From Felis catus (Eukaryota): a DNA stretch of 64,000 bases. Position 1 is the first letter of the stretch. Every line of letters begins with the position of its first letter. This document shows, one piece after another, positions 50,801 through 61,369 of this stretch. The notes beneath the pieces were generated by a model that was not told the DNA's origin, ran no database searches, and saw only the letters and a program-made list of their open reading frames with translations. Position numbers and translations under genes: made by a program. The stretch covers positions 69,938,001 through 70,002,000 of the forward strand of contig NC_058368.1 in the NCBI RefSeq assembly GCF_018350175.1. The letters run 5' to 3'.

Positions 50801-53800
50801 TGGTAGTGCTCAAGGAATTTTGCTAAATAAAGATGTAAAGAAACACACACAGCTTTACATTACCTGCTGGTCAAACAAGGCCCAGAACATTGGGAGCGGG
50901 ATATACAGGAACATCACCCTCGTAACCATCTTAATTTGAGAGATGAGCCGCTCCTGTGGATGAAATGGGGAAGGATGAATCAGTGTCATTCACAGCTGTC
51001 AGCAGTGTTGTTTCAGTATAGACACGTGCAACCAGAGACAAGCCGGGAGGTGACTAATTGTTCCAAAGAACGCTCCCGCAAATTTTTTTAGAAAACCCAG
51101 AATTCCTCAGCTATTCAAAATGAGTGCGAATGTCAGTTTAAAAGGCATCTTACGGGGCGTCTGGGTGGCTTGGTTGGTTAAGCGTCCGACTTCGGCTCAG
51201 GTCATGATCTCACGGTCCGTGAGTTCGAGCCCCGCGTCAGTCTCTGTGCTGACAGCTCAGAGCCTGGAGCCTGTTTCCGATTCTGTGTCTCCCTCTCTCT
51301 CTCTGCCCCTCCCCTGTTCATGCTCTGTCTCTCTCTGTCTCAAAGGTGAATAAATTTAAAAAATAAAATAAAATAAAATAAAAGGCATCTTACTAGGGGC
51401 ACCTGGGTGGCTCAGTCGGATAAGCGTCCAACTAGACTTCAGCTCAGGTCATGATCTCACAGTTCATGAGTTCGAGCCCCGCATCCATGCGCTGACAGCA
51501 TGGAGCCTGCTTGGGATTCTGTCTTCCTCTCTCTGTGCCCCTCCCCCGCTTGCTCTCTATCTCTCTCTCAAAATACATAAAAATAAACTATAAACTAAGT
51601 AAATAAAAGGCATATTACTAGAATTTAAATGTAATTCCAATAAATGTAACCCTCATCACCACTGTTCACTGATTCTTCTGTTTTCACACTGGTTACGTGA
51701 CCACAATCACGCATAATTAATGACCGATTCTACCAAATGAAAACCTATGAAAAGATAATGTTGTTTGCAGCTATACCCACCGTTTATCAAGCTCTTCTCG
51801 ACATTAACACACATTCTTGCATAGTCTTGTTCAAAACACTAGTCAGGTTTACAAGGATACAACTGATAATTTTGTCCACGTGGCCTTAATCATACGAACC
51901 GCCACTGTGGCTGTCCCCGTGCTGGAGGAAGACCCCAAGAAAACTGCAGCGATAGCGGTCACTCACATCATATTTCTCTTTAGCCCAGTCCAGCCAGTGC
52001 TCCCTCTTGGGAAACTCCTTACTCCGATGCTTAAACCTATTTTTGAGGGCAAACTGAAGGAAGAAAGAAAAATCACATTTCAAAACAGAACCGATTACTT
52101 TATGAGGGAAACACATTTCAATGCAACTGCCTTTAATGGAAAGCTGTGTTTGTGAGAGAAGCAACGTATATATCGTATAAACTCGTGTAATGATGATGCT
52201 AAAAGAACCTGCATTTATTCCTAATCTCTTTCTAACTATGAGCCTTTGAGTGGGGTAAACAAAGCCATATTCTTACTACTTGACTCTCTGGGCCCTCTAG
52301 AGAGGAGCATTCAAGAGAAATATAATGTATGCCATTTGTGAGTTCGGTTTTCTGCTGGCCATAGTACAAAGTAACAGGGATCTAAGTCAATCAGAGAAAG
52401 ACAAACACCATATGATTTTGCTCATCTGTGGAATTTAAGAACAAAACAGATGAACATATGGGGGGGGGAGAGGGAAACAAACCAGGAGAGACTCTTTTTT
52501 TTTAATTTTCTTTTTAATGTTTATTTATTTTTGAGACAGAGAGAGTCAGAGCATGAGTAGGGGAGGGGCAGAGACAGAGGGAGACACAGAATCCGACGCA
52601 AGCTCCAGGTTCTGAGCTGTCATCACAGAGCCTGACGCGGGGCTCGAACTCACAAACCCTGAGATCATGACCTGAGCTGAAGTCAGACACTCAACCGACT
52701 GAGCCACCCAGGCGCCCCTGGAGAGACTCCTAAAGATAGAGAACAAACTGAGGGTTGTTGGAGGGGAGGTGGGCAGGGAGGTGGGCTAAATGGTAATGGG
52801 TAGTAAGGGTATTGTGATGAGCACTGGGTGTTGTATGTAAGATACGAATCACCAAATCCTATTCTGGAAACCCAGATTGCACTGTATGTTAACTAACTAG
52901 AATTTAAATAAAAATTTGAAAAAAAAAAATAACAGGGATACACCTGAAACTAATATAACACTATGTTAACTGTACTAGAATTAAAATAAAAAAGATATAT
53001 ATAAATGTAAAAAAAAAGTAACAGGGAAACAGGTAAAATTCATTTCAAATATGTTATATGTTATTTAATCCAATAAATCCAAAAGATCTTACATATGATC
53101 TTAATATGTAATAATAACATTAATATTAAATCAATAATTATTTAAACAATTATTAATAAATTCATAATATTAAATATTACAATCGATGAGAATTTCTATA
53201 TTTCTTTTTTCATACCAAGTCTTCAAAACCCAGGGCATATTTTATACTTACAGAACATGATCAATTTTTATCAAAACTATTTGATTTATATTTACTTTTC
53301 ATAAATTTATGTTTGAAAAACTAAATTTATATACCTAAGTTGTTCCAAATATACTTAAAAGTTTTCCACTCACTGAACTGAGTATCAGTTTTAAAGTGTA
53401 AGAGTGAAAGTAATAATAATAAAATAAATTTTTTAAAATATTTTTTTTTTAAGTAATACACCCAACATGGGGCTCAAACTTACAACCCTGAGTCCAAGAG
53501 TCGCATGCTGCACAGACTGAGCCAGCCAGGTGTCCCATTAAAATTTAAGAGTGAAGGAGCACCTGGGTGGCTCGGTCGGTTAAGCGTTTGACTTCGGCTC
53601 AGGTCGTGATCTTGTGGTCCGTGGGTTCAAGCCCCGCATTGGGCTCTGTGCTGACAGCTCAGAGCCTGGAGTCTGCTTCGGATTCTGTGTCTCCCTCTCT
53701 CTCTGCCCCTACCCCACTTGCACTCTTCAAAAATAAACATTAAAAAAAAAAGTGAGAACTCACAGTATAATATAGCAATATATAGGAAATTGTGTAATTT

Positions 53801-56800
53801 AAATTAATTTGAATGAAATCTAATTTAAAATTCTGTTCCGAGTTGCACATGACACATTTCAAATGTTTGAGAGCCACATGCGGCTAGTGGCTATCATGCT
53901 GGATAGTATAGATAGACAATAACATTTATTTCCTGCCTTTATTTTTTTAAATTAATTTATTATTATTAAAAAAATTTTAATGTTTATTTATTTTTGAGAG
54001 AGAGAGAGACAGAATGCTAGTGGGGAAGGGGCAGAAAGAGAAGGAGACACAGAATCTGAAGCAGGCTCTAGGCTCTGAGCTGTCAGCGCAGAGCCTGATG
54101 TGGGGCTCAAACTCACGAGCCTTGAGATTATGACCTGATCTGAATTCAGATGCTTAGCCGACTGAGCCACCCAGGCACCCCTTTCCTACCTTTAAATGTG
54201 CCTGTATGCATGTACATCACGTTGATGCACATGGAAGAAACCATATTCTGCATGTTCCTGTCACCAAATTGTCTTTGGAAACAAGACTTCCGATGGCTGC
54301 ATAGCATGGCTGCATGTACTAGAAGTTAAGCACTGTTCTCTTGCAATTTTGTGTTATAAAGTTTTGCTGTTATAAATATTACATTGATAATCTTCTACGT
54401 GAATCTGTGTTCATTGTGTGTTCATTTTATTTATTTATTTATATATTTTTTTCAACTTTTTAAATTTATTTTTGGGACAGAGAGAGACAGAGCATGAACG
54501 GGGGAGGGGCAGAGAGAGAGGGAGACACAGAATCGGAAACAGGCTCCAGGCTCTGAGCCATCAGCCCAGAGCCTGACGCGGGGCTTGAACTCACGGACCG
54601 CGAGATCGTGACCTGGCTGAAGTCGGACGCTTAACCGACTGCGCCACCCAGGCGCCCCTGTGTGTTCATTTTAAAAAGTGATTTTCTTAGTCTTAATTCT
54701 GAAAGTAGTATTACTGACACTCCAGACCCTTGAGATGCAGCATCAAACCACGCCTCTCCACTTCCGTTTCACTCTTCCTGACCCGCATCAGCCATGGTTA
54801 GCCAGTGTGATAGCTGAACAGTCACTCTGCTTTGCCTTTCTTTGACTACCGATCTAATTCGAAAGTTCAAGAGCCATTTCTATCCCTCCCTTTTTGAGTT
54901 CAGTTTGTGTCCTTTTCCATTTGGTCAGTTTTATAAGAAACTTTAATTACCAAAATAGTTAAGAACATTAAGAAAATGTTTAAAGAGAAGTCAATGTTGG
55001 GGCACCTGGGTGGCTCAGTCGACTAAGTGTCTGACTCCTGGTATTGGCTCAGGTCATGATCTCACAGTTCGTGAGTTTGAGCCCCACGTCAGGCTCTGTA
55101 CTGACAGTGAGGAGCCTGCTTGGGAAGCTCTCTTTCCCTCTCTCTGCCCCTCCCCGCTCATGCTCTCTCTCTGTTTCTCTCTCTCTCTCAAAATAAATAA
55201 ACTTAAAAAAATAAAGAAAAGTCAATGCTTCATTGCATTTTAATTTGAAGGAGGTAGAAGGTTCTGGGATGACTAAATATCACTGACAGAGAAAGCTACT
55301 GAAATACTTACACCAATGCACTTGACAACTTTAGCCATGACATTACCCTGGGGCTGAAACTTCTTGTACATTCCACTGCCAATGACGAACACAACTGGGA
55401 AGGCAAAAGAAGACATTAACAAGGCGTTTGACAGAACTACCTGTGACCTAGAAGATGTGCTTTTATTTGAGTTACAACCTTGTTTTGGAAATACTGGGAT
55501 TACTCACAGAATGGGCTTGCCTTCCTATGTCCCAGTTTGGAAAGTGCTTTTGATCCTAATAATCACAGAAGCTTTGAGCGGTGGTATATTTGTGCTGTCA
55601 TATACAAACATTGGAGCCTATTACTGTCCACTTCCCACATTTTGGGGTGGCTCACAGACGCTCCATACGGCTATTTAAGTGCAAGTTTTATTCTTAAGCA
55701 TAGGGAGACAAAGGAGTAAGTGCTTTCACGTAACAGATCAGCGCATAATTCTATAAAGACAAAAAACAGCTTTAATTTTTTGATTGCAATGGCAGAAGAG
55801 TTTCTTCTTTTTTTTTTTTTTTTAAATTTTTTTAACGTTTATTTATTTTTGAGACAGAGAGAGACAAAGCATGAACGGGGGAGGGTCAGAGAGAGGGAGA
55901 TACAGAATCTGAAACAGGCTCCAGGCTCTGAGCTGTCAGCACAGAGCCCGACGCGGGGCTCGAACTCACGGACCGCGAGATCATGACCTGAGCCCAAGTC
56001 AGCCGCTTAACCGACTGAGCCACCCAGGCGCCCCGAGTTTCTTCTTTTTTAATAAATCTTCAGAAAAAGGAAGAAACTAGTTTGTTAAAACCTTACTTAA
56101 TCATGTGTGGCAGAGTTCATTCCGTGTTCACGGTACAGAAAAACAGTGGTGAATTTTTGCATCTGCGGCTACAGTTTTACAAGGTTAAAGCACTTTTACA
56201 ATAAGGCAATTCTTCCATGGATCTTCCTAGAAAAGGCATATTGTGAAAATAGAAAAAGCATTCCTTCAGGAGACTCTGGAAACCCAGTACCGTATGAGGA
56301 TTTCTGATTGTCCAATACCACAGTTTAATCATTTAAAAGCACCGATGGGTTGATGGAATGCCACTTAATTTCCTCAATTTAAAAGGGCCTGAGATTTTGA
56401 GAAGTGCTACCTCTGAAAGCATATGTCCAAGTATGTGCCTGTGTTATAGGTGTTCTTTATGGTTGAATAAAGAGAAATATACTTGAATCCTCACCCGATG
56501 TCAGTCTTCCTTAATCCAGAGATGGCAGAGATACCCATAGATGGAGTCTACTCTGTTTTACCAACGAATATTTTAATCTTTAAGCTTCTGATTAACTTAA
56601 GCCTAATTCAAGCACAAGATTGCTGCTGAAAGAAACTTCAAGAGACAGCATTGATGCATAGGATTTGGCCTATTCTCAATTCTTCCATTCGAGAAACATT
56701 GTATGATGTAAGAATGACCCATGCAAACTAAATGACAATTTACCTAATGCCAACTGACTACAGCGTCTGGCCTCGAACAACAGCTTTTGAGATCCTTTTT

Positions 56801-59800
56801 AATCTCCTTACGCAGAATCGGACAGGAGTAGGTATATACGGACTTTTTAGGGGAGTGTGGCGGTATTTAAACAATTATGGAAGGAAATGGACACAGAAAA
56901 AAAGGGAAAATACTGAATTCTGGCTTGGATATAAGGGTGAAGCTAATTTGCTACAAGCTGAACAAACAGGGTTAAGAGGGGGCATAATTGACTCTATGAA
57001 GACCTGAAAAAAAGTCAGAGAAAGTAACAGTGCCAGCACTTTCTCATTTGAGTGGGAAGCTGCAAAGGCCTGAGACGCGTATTGGGCTCTGTTTCCTGCT
57101 TGTACTACCGTTACAGGTTGAATCGTGTCCCCGACCCCCACCACCCCCCGCCCCCAGAAGATGCTGAAGTCCTTACCCCCAGTACCTCAGAATGTGACCT
57201 CATTTGGAAATACAGCCTTTGCAGAAGATCGAGTTAAGATGAGGTCATTCAGGTGGCTCCTACTCCAATATGACTGGTGGCCTTACAAAAAAGCGCAAAT
57301 TTGGACACAGATGTGCACACAGGGGAAGGCCACAGGCAGACTGGCATTGTGCTGCATCAGGCCAGGGAACTACCAGAGGTAGAAGAGAGGCCTGGAAGAG
57401 ATCCCTCTCAGTAACTTCAGAGGGAGCAGGGCCCTCTCGCCATGTTGATTTTGGATTCCCAACCTCCAGAGCTGTGAGATGATAAATAAATTTCTAATGA
57501 AGCCACCCAATCTGTAGTGTTTTGTCACGGTAGTCCCAGGAAACGAAGACACCTGCCGTCTTTCAATGTAGACTATCCTAGGGCGAAAACTGTCCATACT
57601 TCCTAAAAAGCCAGGGCCAAGAACTAATGTGTGAATGAATGTATCTAATAGACACATATATTCCTCCCAACGGGAAGATACTCTGGCAGAACCATTTCGA
57701 GATGATGTATTATGGAAATCTGGATGTTCACTGGAAGTATTTAAACGCTAACTGGACCAGGTCTTGAGGCAAGCTGGAGACGAGGACACGCTGATAAGAG
57801 CAAAAGCGTTCGGTCATGGGGTCATCTAGTCTAATAGATTCTGTCACTTTTCACCTTAAATCTGCCTAAATAGTGTCAAACTTTTCAGAGCCCAGCTCAG
57901 TTGTTCCCATTTCCTGTAAACTCTTTTTTGATCTTATTTCCTCTGAAGTAATATGCCAACTCTACTTTGTTTGAATGTTCAGAGCACGGGAATTATTATT
58001 ACAATTTATTCCATGAAGTTTTAAAAAATTGGTCACAATAATTAATGTGAGGGTCTGACCTGATCATAGGATTGTACTAATTCAACTGATTTCTACTTAC
58101 TCAGAGCTACAGCCATGAGAGCAGCAGGGACCCCAAATGCCAGTGGGTAGCAAGCTTGTTTACTGTGAATTCCACATTGTTGAACTGGGGAGAAATTATA
58201 AGATTAAAAATTCATTATAGCATTTTTTTATAATCTTATTTTTTAATGTTTATTTATTTTTGAGACAGAGAGAAAGAGCATGAGCAGGGGAGGGGCAGAG
58301 AGAGAAGGAGACACAGAATCTGAAGCAGGCTCCGGGCTCTAAGCTGTCAGTACAGAGCCTGATGTAGGATTCAAACTCATAAACTGTGAGATCATGACCT
58401 GAGCAGAACTTGGATGCTTAACCAACTGAACTACCCAGGTGCCCCTCATTATGGCATTTTTTTATGCTCATATATGGTTATCATTTTTAAAAAAATCCCT
58501 AACTGGTTATTACATATTGTTTTTACTTGATGTTCTAGACTTATCCATTTGCTTTATTGATTTCATTGCCTGCTGAGCCCAGCAGCTTTGTAGTAGAAAG
58601 AGCAAGAGACGAACATAGGTTCTAATCTTAGCCCCTAAATAGATGTCTGACACTGGCCAAGCCAAAATCAGTGCGAATCCTTATATGGATTTTCTTGGTG
58701 GGAGAGATAAAAGTGACCTGGATCCAATAACTTGAAGACAGGGGACCCAGTAAATAAAATCAAAAGTACCCTGGAAAATCAAGAGTGTGTGTTCCTGAAT
58801 TCATGCTATTTAAAAAACAATTAGATGGCCCAGGGCAGGGGTCAACAAAGTTTTCTGTGAAGAGCTGGAAGTAAATATTCTAGGCTTTGTGGACCATTCA
58901 GTCTCTGTCGCAACTACTTGACCTTGACTTTGTAAGGTGAAAGCAGTCATGGACAATAGACAAATTGATGGTCTTGTCCAGATTTCTGGATTTGGCCCAT
59001 CAGCCATAGTTTTCTAACCTCTGACTGCACATCCATTCTAGCTCTGAAATCCTAGGATTGGTGAGGAAAAAAAATTAAGACTCTGGAAGGAGAAGTAGAG
59101 ATTATTGGACATTCCTTCTTTTTCTTTTTTTTAAAAAATGTTTATTTATTTATTTTGAGAGAGAGCATGAGCACGAGTGGGGGAGGAGCAGAGAGAGAGG
59201 GAGGGAGAAAATCCCAAGCAGGCTCCGTGCTCAGCCTGACATGGGACTCGATCTCGTGACCATGAGATCACGATCTGAGCTAATATCAAGAGTTGGACAC
59301 TTAACCGACTGAGCCACCCAGGGTCCCCTAGAAATTCTTTCAATGAAATGGAGCCTCCAGGAATAATCTGATCCGAAAGGGGTTTGACTTGGTCTTTGAC
59401 TGACTAACCGCTTCACAATTCGGCAGAGAAAGAAGTTAACTCGTAGAAAATTGATAGTCACGCAAATGTTTCCTGTTCATAGCTGTCCAAATGATTCTGT
59501 TCGTGGCAATGCAAACTCACTCTTCCCTCTGGGAAGAGCGTACATCTCTGTTGTTCAAATCCTTATTGGAGCTGATTGTAGCAGTGTTCCTCCAGTTTCT
59601 TCACTAATTAATCAGTCATATAAAATCTCAGCACACGCTCATTTTATATTTGTGTGAGAGCTAGGATTTTACCTTTAAAATTATCCTTTAACACATTCTG
59701 TAATTTAAACGTGCATAAGTACATATTCTACTAGAAGCTGGAAGTGGGGGAGGTGAGGGAACATAATGAAAGAATAAAGTATCTTTATTATTATTTTTTT

Positions 59801-60346
59801 AAGTAGGCTCCATGCCCAATGTGGGGCTTGAACTCACAACCCTGAGGTCAAAAGTCAGATGTTCTATGGACTGAGCCAGCCAGGTGCCCCAAAGCTATTA
59901 AATGTTTGTACAAAACAAGTTGGAATGGGATTTAAGGGTCATCTTCAAACTACTACTCCAGACAGAAATACATAAATCCCCACAAAATACTTTCTTTCAT
60001 CATTGGATCTGATTTGCAGTGTGGACACCACAGGGTTGTTTTGGTCTAATCTGTCCCCGGATAGTCCCTTCAGGTGGGAAATTCACAGACTCTCAGTGGA
60101 GTGTCAGCAAACACAAATATCTGAGCGCTCTTGACAGTTGCTGTCTCCTTCTCCTTCCCGGGCAGTTCTTTTAGAAATAGCTAAGGGGTACCTGGGTGCT
60201 CAGTCGATTAAACATCCAACTTCCGCTCAGGTCATGATCTCACGGTTTGTGGGTTTGAGCCCCGCATCGGGTCCTGTGCTGACAGCTCAGAGACTGGAGC
60301 CTGCTTCGGATTCTGTGTCTCCCTGTCTCTCTGTCCCGCCCCTGCT

Positions 60347-60396
<50 letters not shown>

Positions 60397-61242
60397 ACTA
60401 AATAAACATTTAAAAAATTAAAAAAAAAAACCCAACAAGAAATAGTTGAGATGAGAGGAAGGAGAAGAATAAAATGTTACCACTAAATTCTTCCTAACTC
60501 ACTGCATATCGCTGGGGAGCACAAATTTGTGCCCAAAGGCACAAATGCCAAGTACGACCCATCCAGGTCTGGTTGCCAAACAGCACCTCTTTCTTGCCTT
60601 CTCTCTTACCGTGAATAAAGACTTTGCATTAATAAAAACTTAGAAAAAATGATTGCCATGCTAGGGGTGTTTTAGATTCTTCAGTGGTCTTTGGGATAAG
60701 GGAGTCAAATAGGATTAGAGACAACATGAAGCTCATTTTCTGGATTTCGAAGTATCCGACAGCAGAAGCGTAATGGGAGAAAAGAGGGACAAAACGAACA
60801 AACAACACAAGGACTTAAACTTGCCACCTGACTTTCTCCCCATAATTCAAAAAAAGAAAACCGGATATGTCTTACCTCTGAGCATGGGAGTGATGATAGT
60901 AGAAAGCAAGCTTCCAGCATTAATGGCCAAATAAAAGATGGAAAAGAATCGGTTTCTTTGTTTTTCCTGTAATTAAAAGGATAAGGTTACAACATGACTT
61001 TGGTTATATATCAACTGATCAAATGTGGCTGATGATCGGTCCTTGAAAAGAATCAAATGGAGAACAGACTTGGTGTCTGTGGAATAATTCCTGGATGTTT
61101 ATATTTGTTTTATGTAGTTTCTGTGAAGGCACATGATCTCACCTGGCCCTCTTCGAACTGGTCTCCACCAAACGCAGACACACAGGGCTTTATTCCTCCG
61201 GTTCCCAGAGCTATCAGGGCCAGGCCAATCATGGACAGTGCC
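30650..61242 (-). CDS. SLC15A1: SLC15A1 / PEPT1 H+-coupled oligopeptide transporter, partial gene (coding exons 6-23; 5' exons outside window)
   Basis: Manual splicing of 18 GT-AG exons gives one open frame of 1759 nt ending ...SQTQM*. It contains the POT/PTR2 motifs GTGGIKPCV and [10 protein letters not shown] and the large extracellular loop. The translation closely matches mammalian PEPT1 as I recall it. Confidence 0.98.
31753..31860 (-). CDS. SLC15A1: SLC15A1 exon 22 (108 bp)
   Basis: cctcag|GCC...GAA CAG|gtacag; encodes [36 protein letters not shown]. Confidence 0.97.
31970..32398 (+). mobile_element. Two tandem Can-SINEs in intron 21
   Basis: Two heads (31970, about 32167) and two A-tails; TSD aaaaatgcaca. 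Confidence 0.9.
32837..32980 (-). CDS. SLC15A1: SLC15A1 exon 21 (144 bp)
   Basis: gtttag|AGT...TCT CAG|gtctct; encodes [48 protein letters not shown]. Confidence 0.96.
33523..33634 (-). CDS. SLC15A1: SLC15A1 exon 20 (112 bp)
   Basis: ttatag|A AAA...AGG AAG|gtcagt; encodes [37 protein letters not shown]. Confidence 0.95.
33751..33858 (-). CDS. SLC15A1: SLC15A1 exon 19 (108 bp)
   Basis: tttcag|A TTT...GGC GT|gtaagt; encodes [35 protein letters not shown](V). Confidence 0.96.
35258..36045 (-). mobile_element. Old L1 (L1MB-like) fragment with a younger plus-strand L1 3' tail (about 35600-35772) inserted
   Basis: Antisense ORF2/3'UTR motifs; inner insertion TSD gtcccattta 35590-35599 / 35773-35782. 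Confidence 0.8.
37278..37666 (+). mobile_element. MLT1A/B-type MaLR solo LTR
   Basis: TG...CA termini; cagtacctcagaatgtgaccgtatttgga; perfect 5-bp TSD gaaga. Confidence 0.92.
39290..43300 (-). mobile_element. Old minus-strand L1 with multiple nested SINEs and plus-strand L1 3' ends (about 41260-41775, 42500-42685)
   Basis: Continuous antisense L1 3'UTR/ORF2 motifs interrupted by at least six SINEs. Confidence 0.8.
43398..43447 (-). CDS. SLC15A1: SLC15A1 exon 18 (50 bp)
   Basis: ctcag|GTA AAG...ATC AG|gtatgt; encodes [16 protein letters not shown](R). Confidence 0.96.
43708..43822 (+). mobile_element. 5'-truncated young Can-SINE
   Basis: TSD aagaactccctaat 43694-43707 / 43823-43836. Confidence 0.93.
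44427..44573 (-). CDS. SLC15A1: SLC15A1 exon 17 (147 bp)
   Basis: ttatag|ACA...CGC GTG|gtaagt; encodes [49 protein letters not shown]. Confidence 0.96.
44814..44970 (+). repeat. (GAAA)17 microsatellite within a 157-nt pure purine tract (SINE tail)
   Basis: GAAA x17 at 44825-44892, then (GA)n and (GGGA)n; follows a short SINE head at about 44724. Confidence 0.95.
45368..45563. mobile_element. MER20 hAT MITE flanked by MER5-type fragments (about 45220-45705)
   Basis: ccttggcactattgacgtttggggccagataattctttgttgtggg...gttgtgacaatgaaaaatgtttccaga...gagaaccattg. Confidence 0.85.
45863..45982 (-). CDS. SLC15A1: SLC15A1 exon 16 (120 bp)
   Basis: ctcag|AAA...TCC CAG|gtaagt; encodes [40 protein letters not shown] (start of extracellular domain). 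Confidence 0.97.
46570..47075 (+). mobile_element. L1MB-type 3' end
   Basis: aatggataaacaaaacgtggtcc...ggtggttgccaggggctggggg...gaactgtatacttagaaatggttaagatggtgaatttt. Confidence 0.85.
47794..47875 (-). CDS. SLC15A1: SLC15A1 exon 15 (82 bp)
   Basis: ctcag|C TCT...ATT GAT|gtgagt; encodes [27 protein letters not shown]. Confidence 0.97.
48377..48465 (-). CDS. SLC15A1: SLC15A1 exon 14 (89 bp)
   Basis: cacag|ACC...TTC AC|gtaggt; encodes [29 protein letters not shown](T). Confidence 0.97.
48550..48582 (-). CDS. SLC15A1: SLC15A1 exon 13 (33 bp)
   Basis: ttttcag|GGA...ATG CAG|gtagga; encodes [11 protein letters not shown]. Confidence 0.95.
48743..48787 (-). CDS. SLC15A1: SLC15A1 exon 12 (45 bp)
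   Basis: ttttag|GGC...AAA ATT|gtaagt; encodes [15 protein letters not shown]. Confidence 0.96.
50864..50953 (-). CDS. SLC15A1: SLC15A1 exon 11 (90 bp)
   Basis: cacag|GAG...CAG CAG|gtaatg; encodes [30 protein letters not shown]. Confidence 0.97.
51154..51604 (+). mobile_element. Two tandem Can-SINEs inserted at the same target
   Basis: Three copies of aaaaggca(t/c)(c/a)ttac-type TSD at 51140, 51380 and 51605. Confidence 0.92.
51967..52053 (-). CDS. SLC15A1: SLC15A1 exon 10 (87 bp)
   Basis: ttcag|TTT...TAT GAT|gtgagt; encodes [29 protein letters not shown]. Confidence 0.97.
52290..53915. mobile_element. Charlie1/MER33-type hAT element with nested L1 tails and SINEs
   Basis: aaacaggtaaaattcattt...ttttcataccaagtcttcaaaaccc...gagccacatgcggctagtggctatcatgctggatag; boundaries approximate. 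Confidence 0.7.
54430..54658 (-). mobile_element. Young cat-type Can-SINE
   Basis: Perfect TSD tgtgtgttcatttta 54415-54429 / 54659-54673. Confidence 0.95.
55312..55394 (-). CDS. SLC15A1: SLC15A1 exon 9 (83 bp)
   Basis: tcccag|TT GTG...ATT GGT|gtaagt; encodes (I)[27 protein letters not shown]. Confidence 0.97.
55813..56034 (-). mobile_element. Can-SINE
   Basis: TSD gagtttcttcttttt 55798-55812 / 56035-56049. Confidence 0.93.
57109..57551 (+). mobile_element. MLT1B-like MaLR solo LTR
   Basis: gttacaggttgaatcgtgtcccc...cagtacctcagaatgtgacctcatttggaaat...cctccagagctgtgag...ggaaacgaagaca. Confidence 0.88.
58101..58184 (-). CDS. SLC15A1: SLC15A1 exon 8 (84 bp)
   Basis: ccccag|TT CAA...CTG A|gtaagt; encodes (V)[27 protein letters not shown]. 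Confidence 0.97.
58836..59023. mobile_element. MER58A-type hAT MITE
   Basis: caggggtcaacaaagttttctgtgaag...gtaaatattctaggctttgtggacc...ggatttggccc...gccatagttttctaacctctg. Confidence 0.85.
60876..60966 (-). CDS. SLC15A1: SLC15A1 exon 7 (91 bp)
   Basis: acag|GAA...AGA G|gtaaga; encodes [30 protein letters not shown] (PTR2 signature). Confidence 0.97.
61143..61242 (-). CDS. SLC15A1: SLC15A1 exon 6 (100 bp)
   Basis: ccctag|G GCA CTG...GGC CAG|gtgaga; encodes [33 protein letters not shown]. Confidence 0.97.
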
Positions 61243-61369
61243 CTAGGGAAAGGAGAGGGGATATTGCAGAAATGTGAGATTCTTCAAAGCAGGAGTCTCT
61301 CTGTCCTCTAATTTCCCTCAGAGGACCAGGGACAGTGGTTCTATTTGGGTTCCTGGGCCCAATTTCCAA

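Noticed and set aside
2254..60430. tRNA-like sequences (gggtggctcagtcggttaag...gttcgagccc) and many 60-140 aa ORFs such as [15 protein letters not shown] or [15 protein letters not shown]
   Set aside because: These are the tRNA-derived heads and bodies of Can-SINEs with (CT)n, A tails and TSDs, not tRNA genes or proteins.
30650..61242. Possibility that SLC15A1 is a pseudogene or is SLC15A2
   Set aside because: All visible exons are in frame with canonical splice sites, and the translation matches PEPT1 rather than PEPT2 as I recall them.
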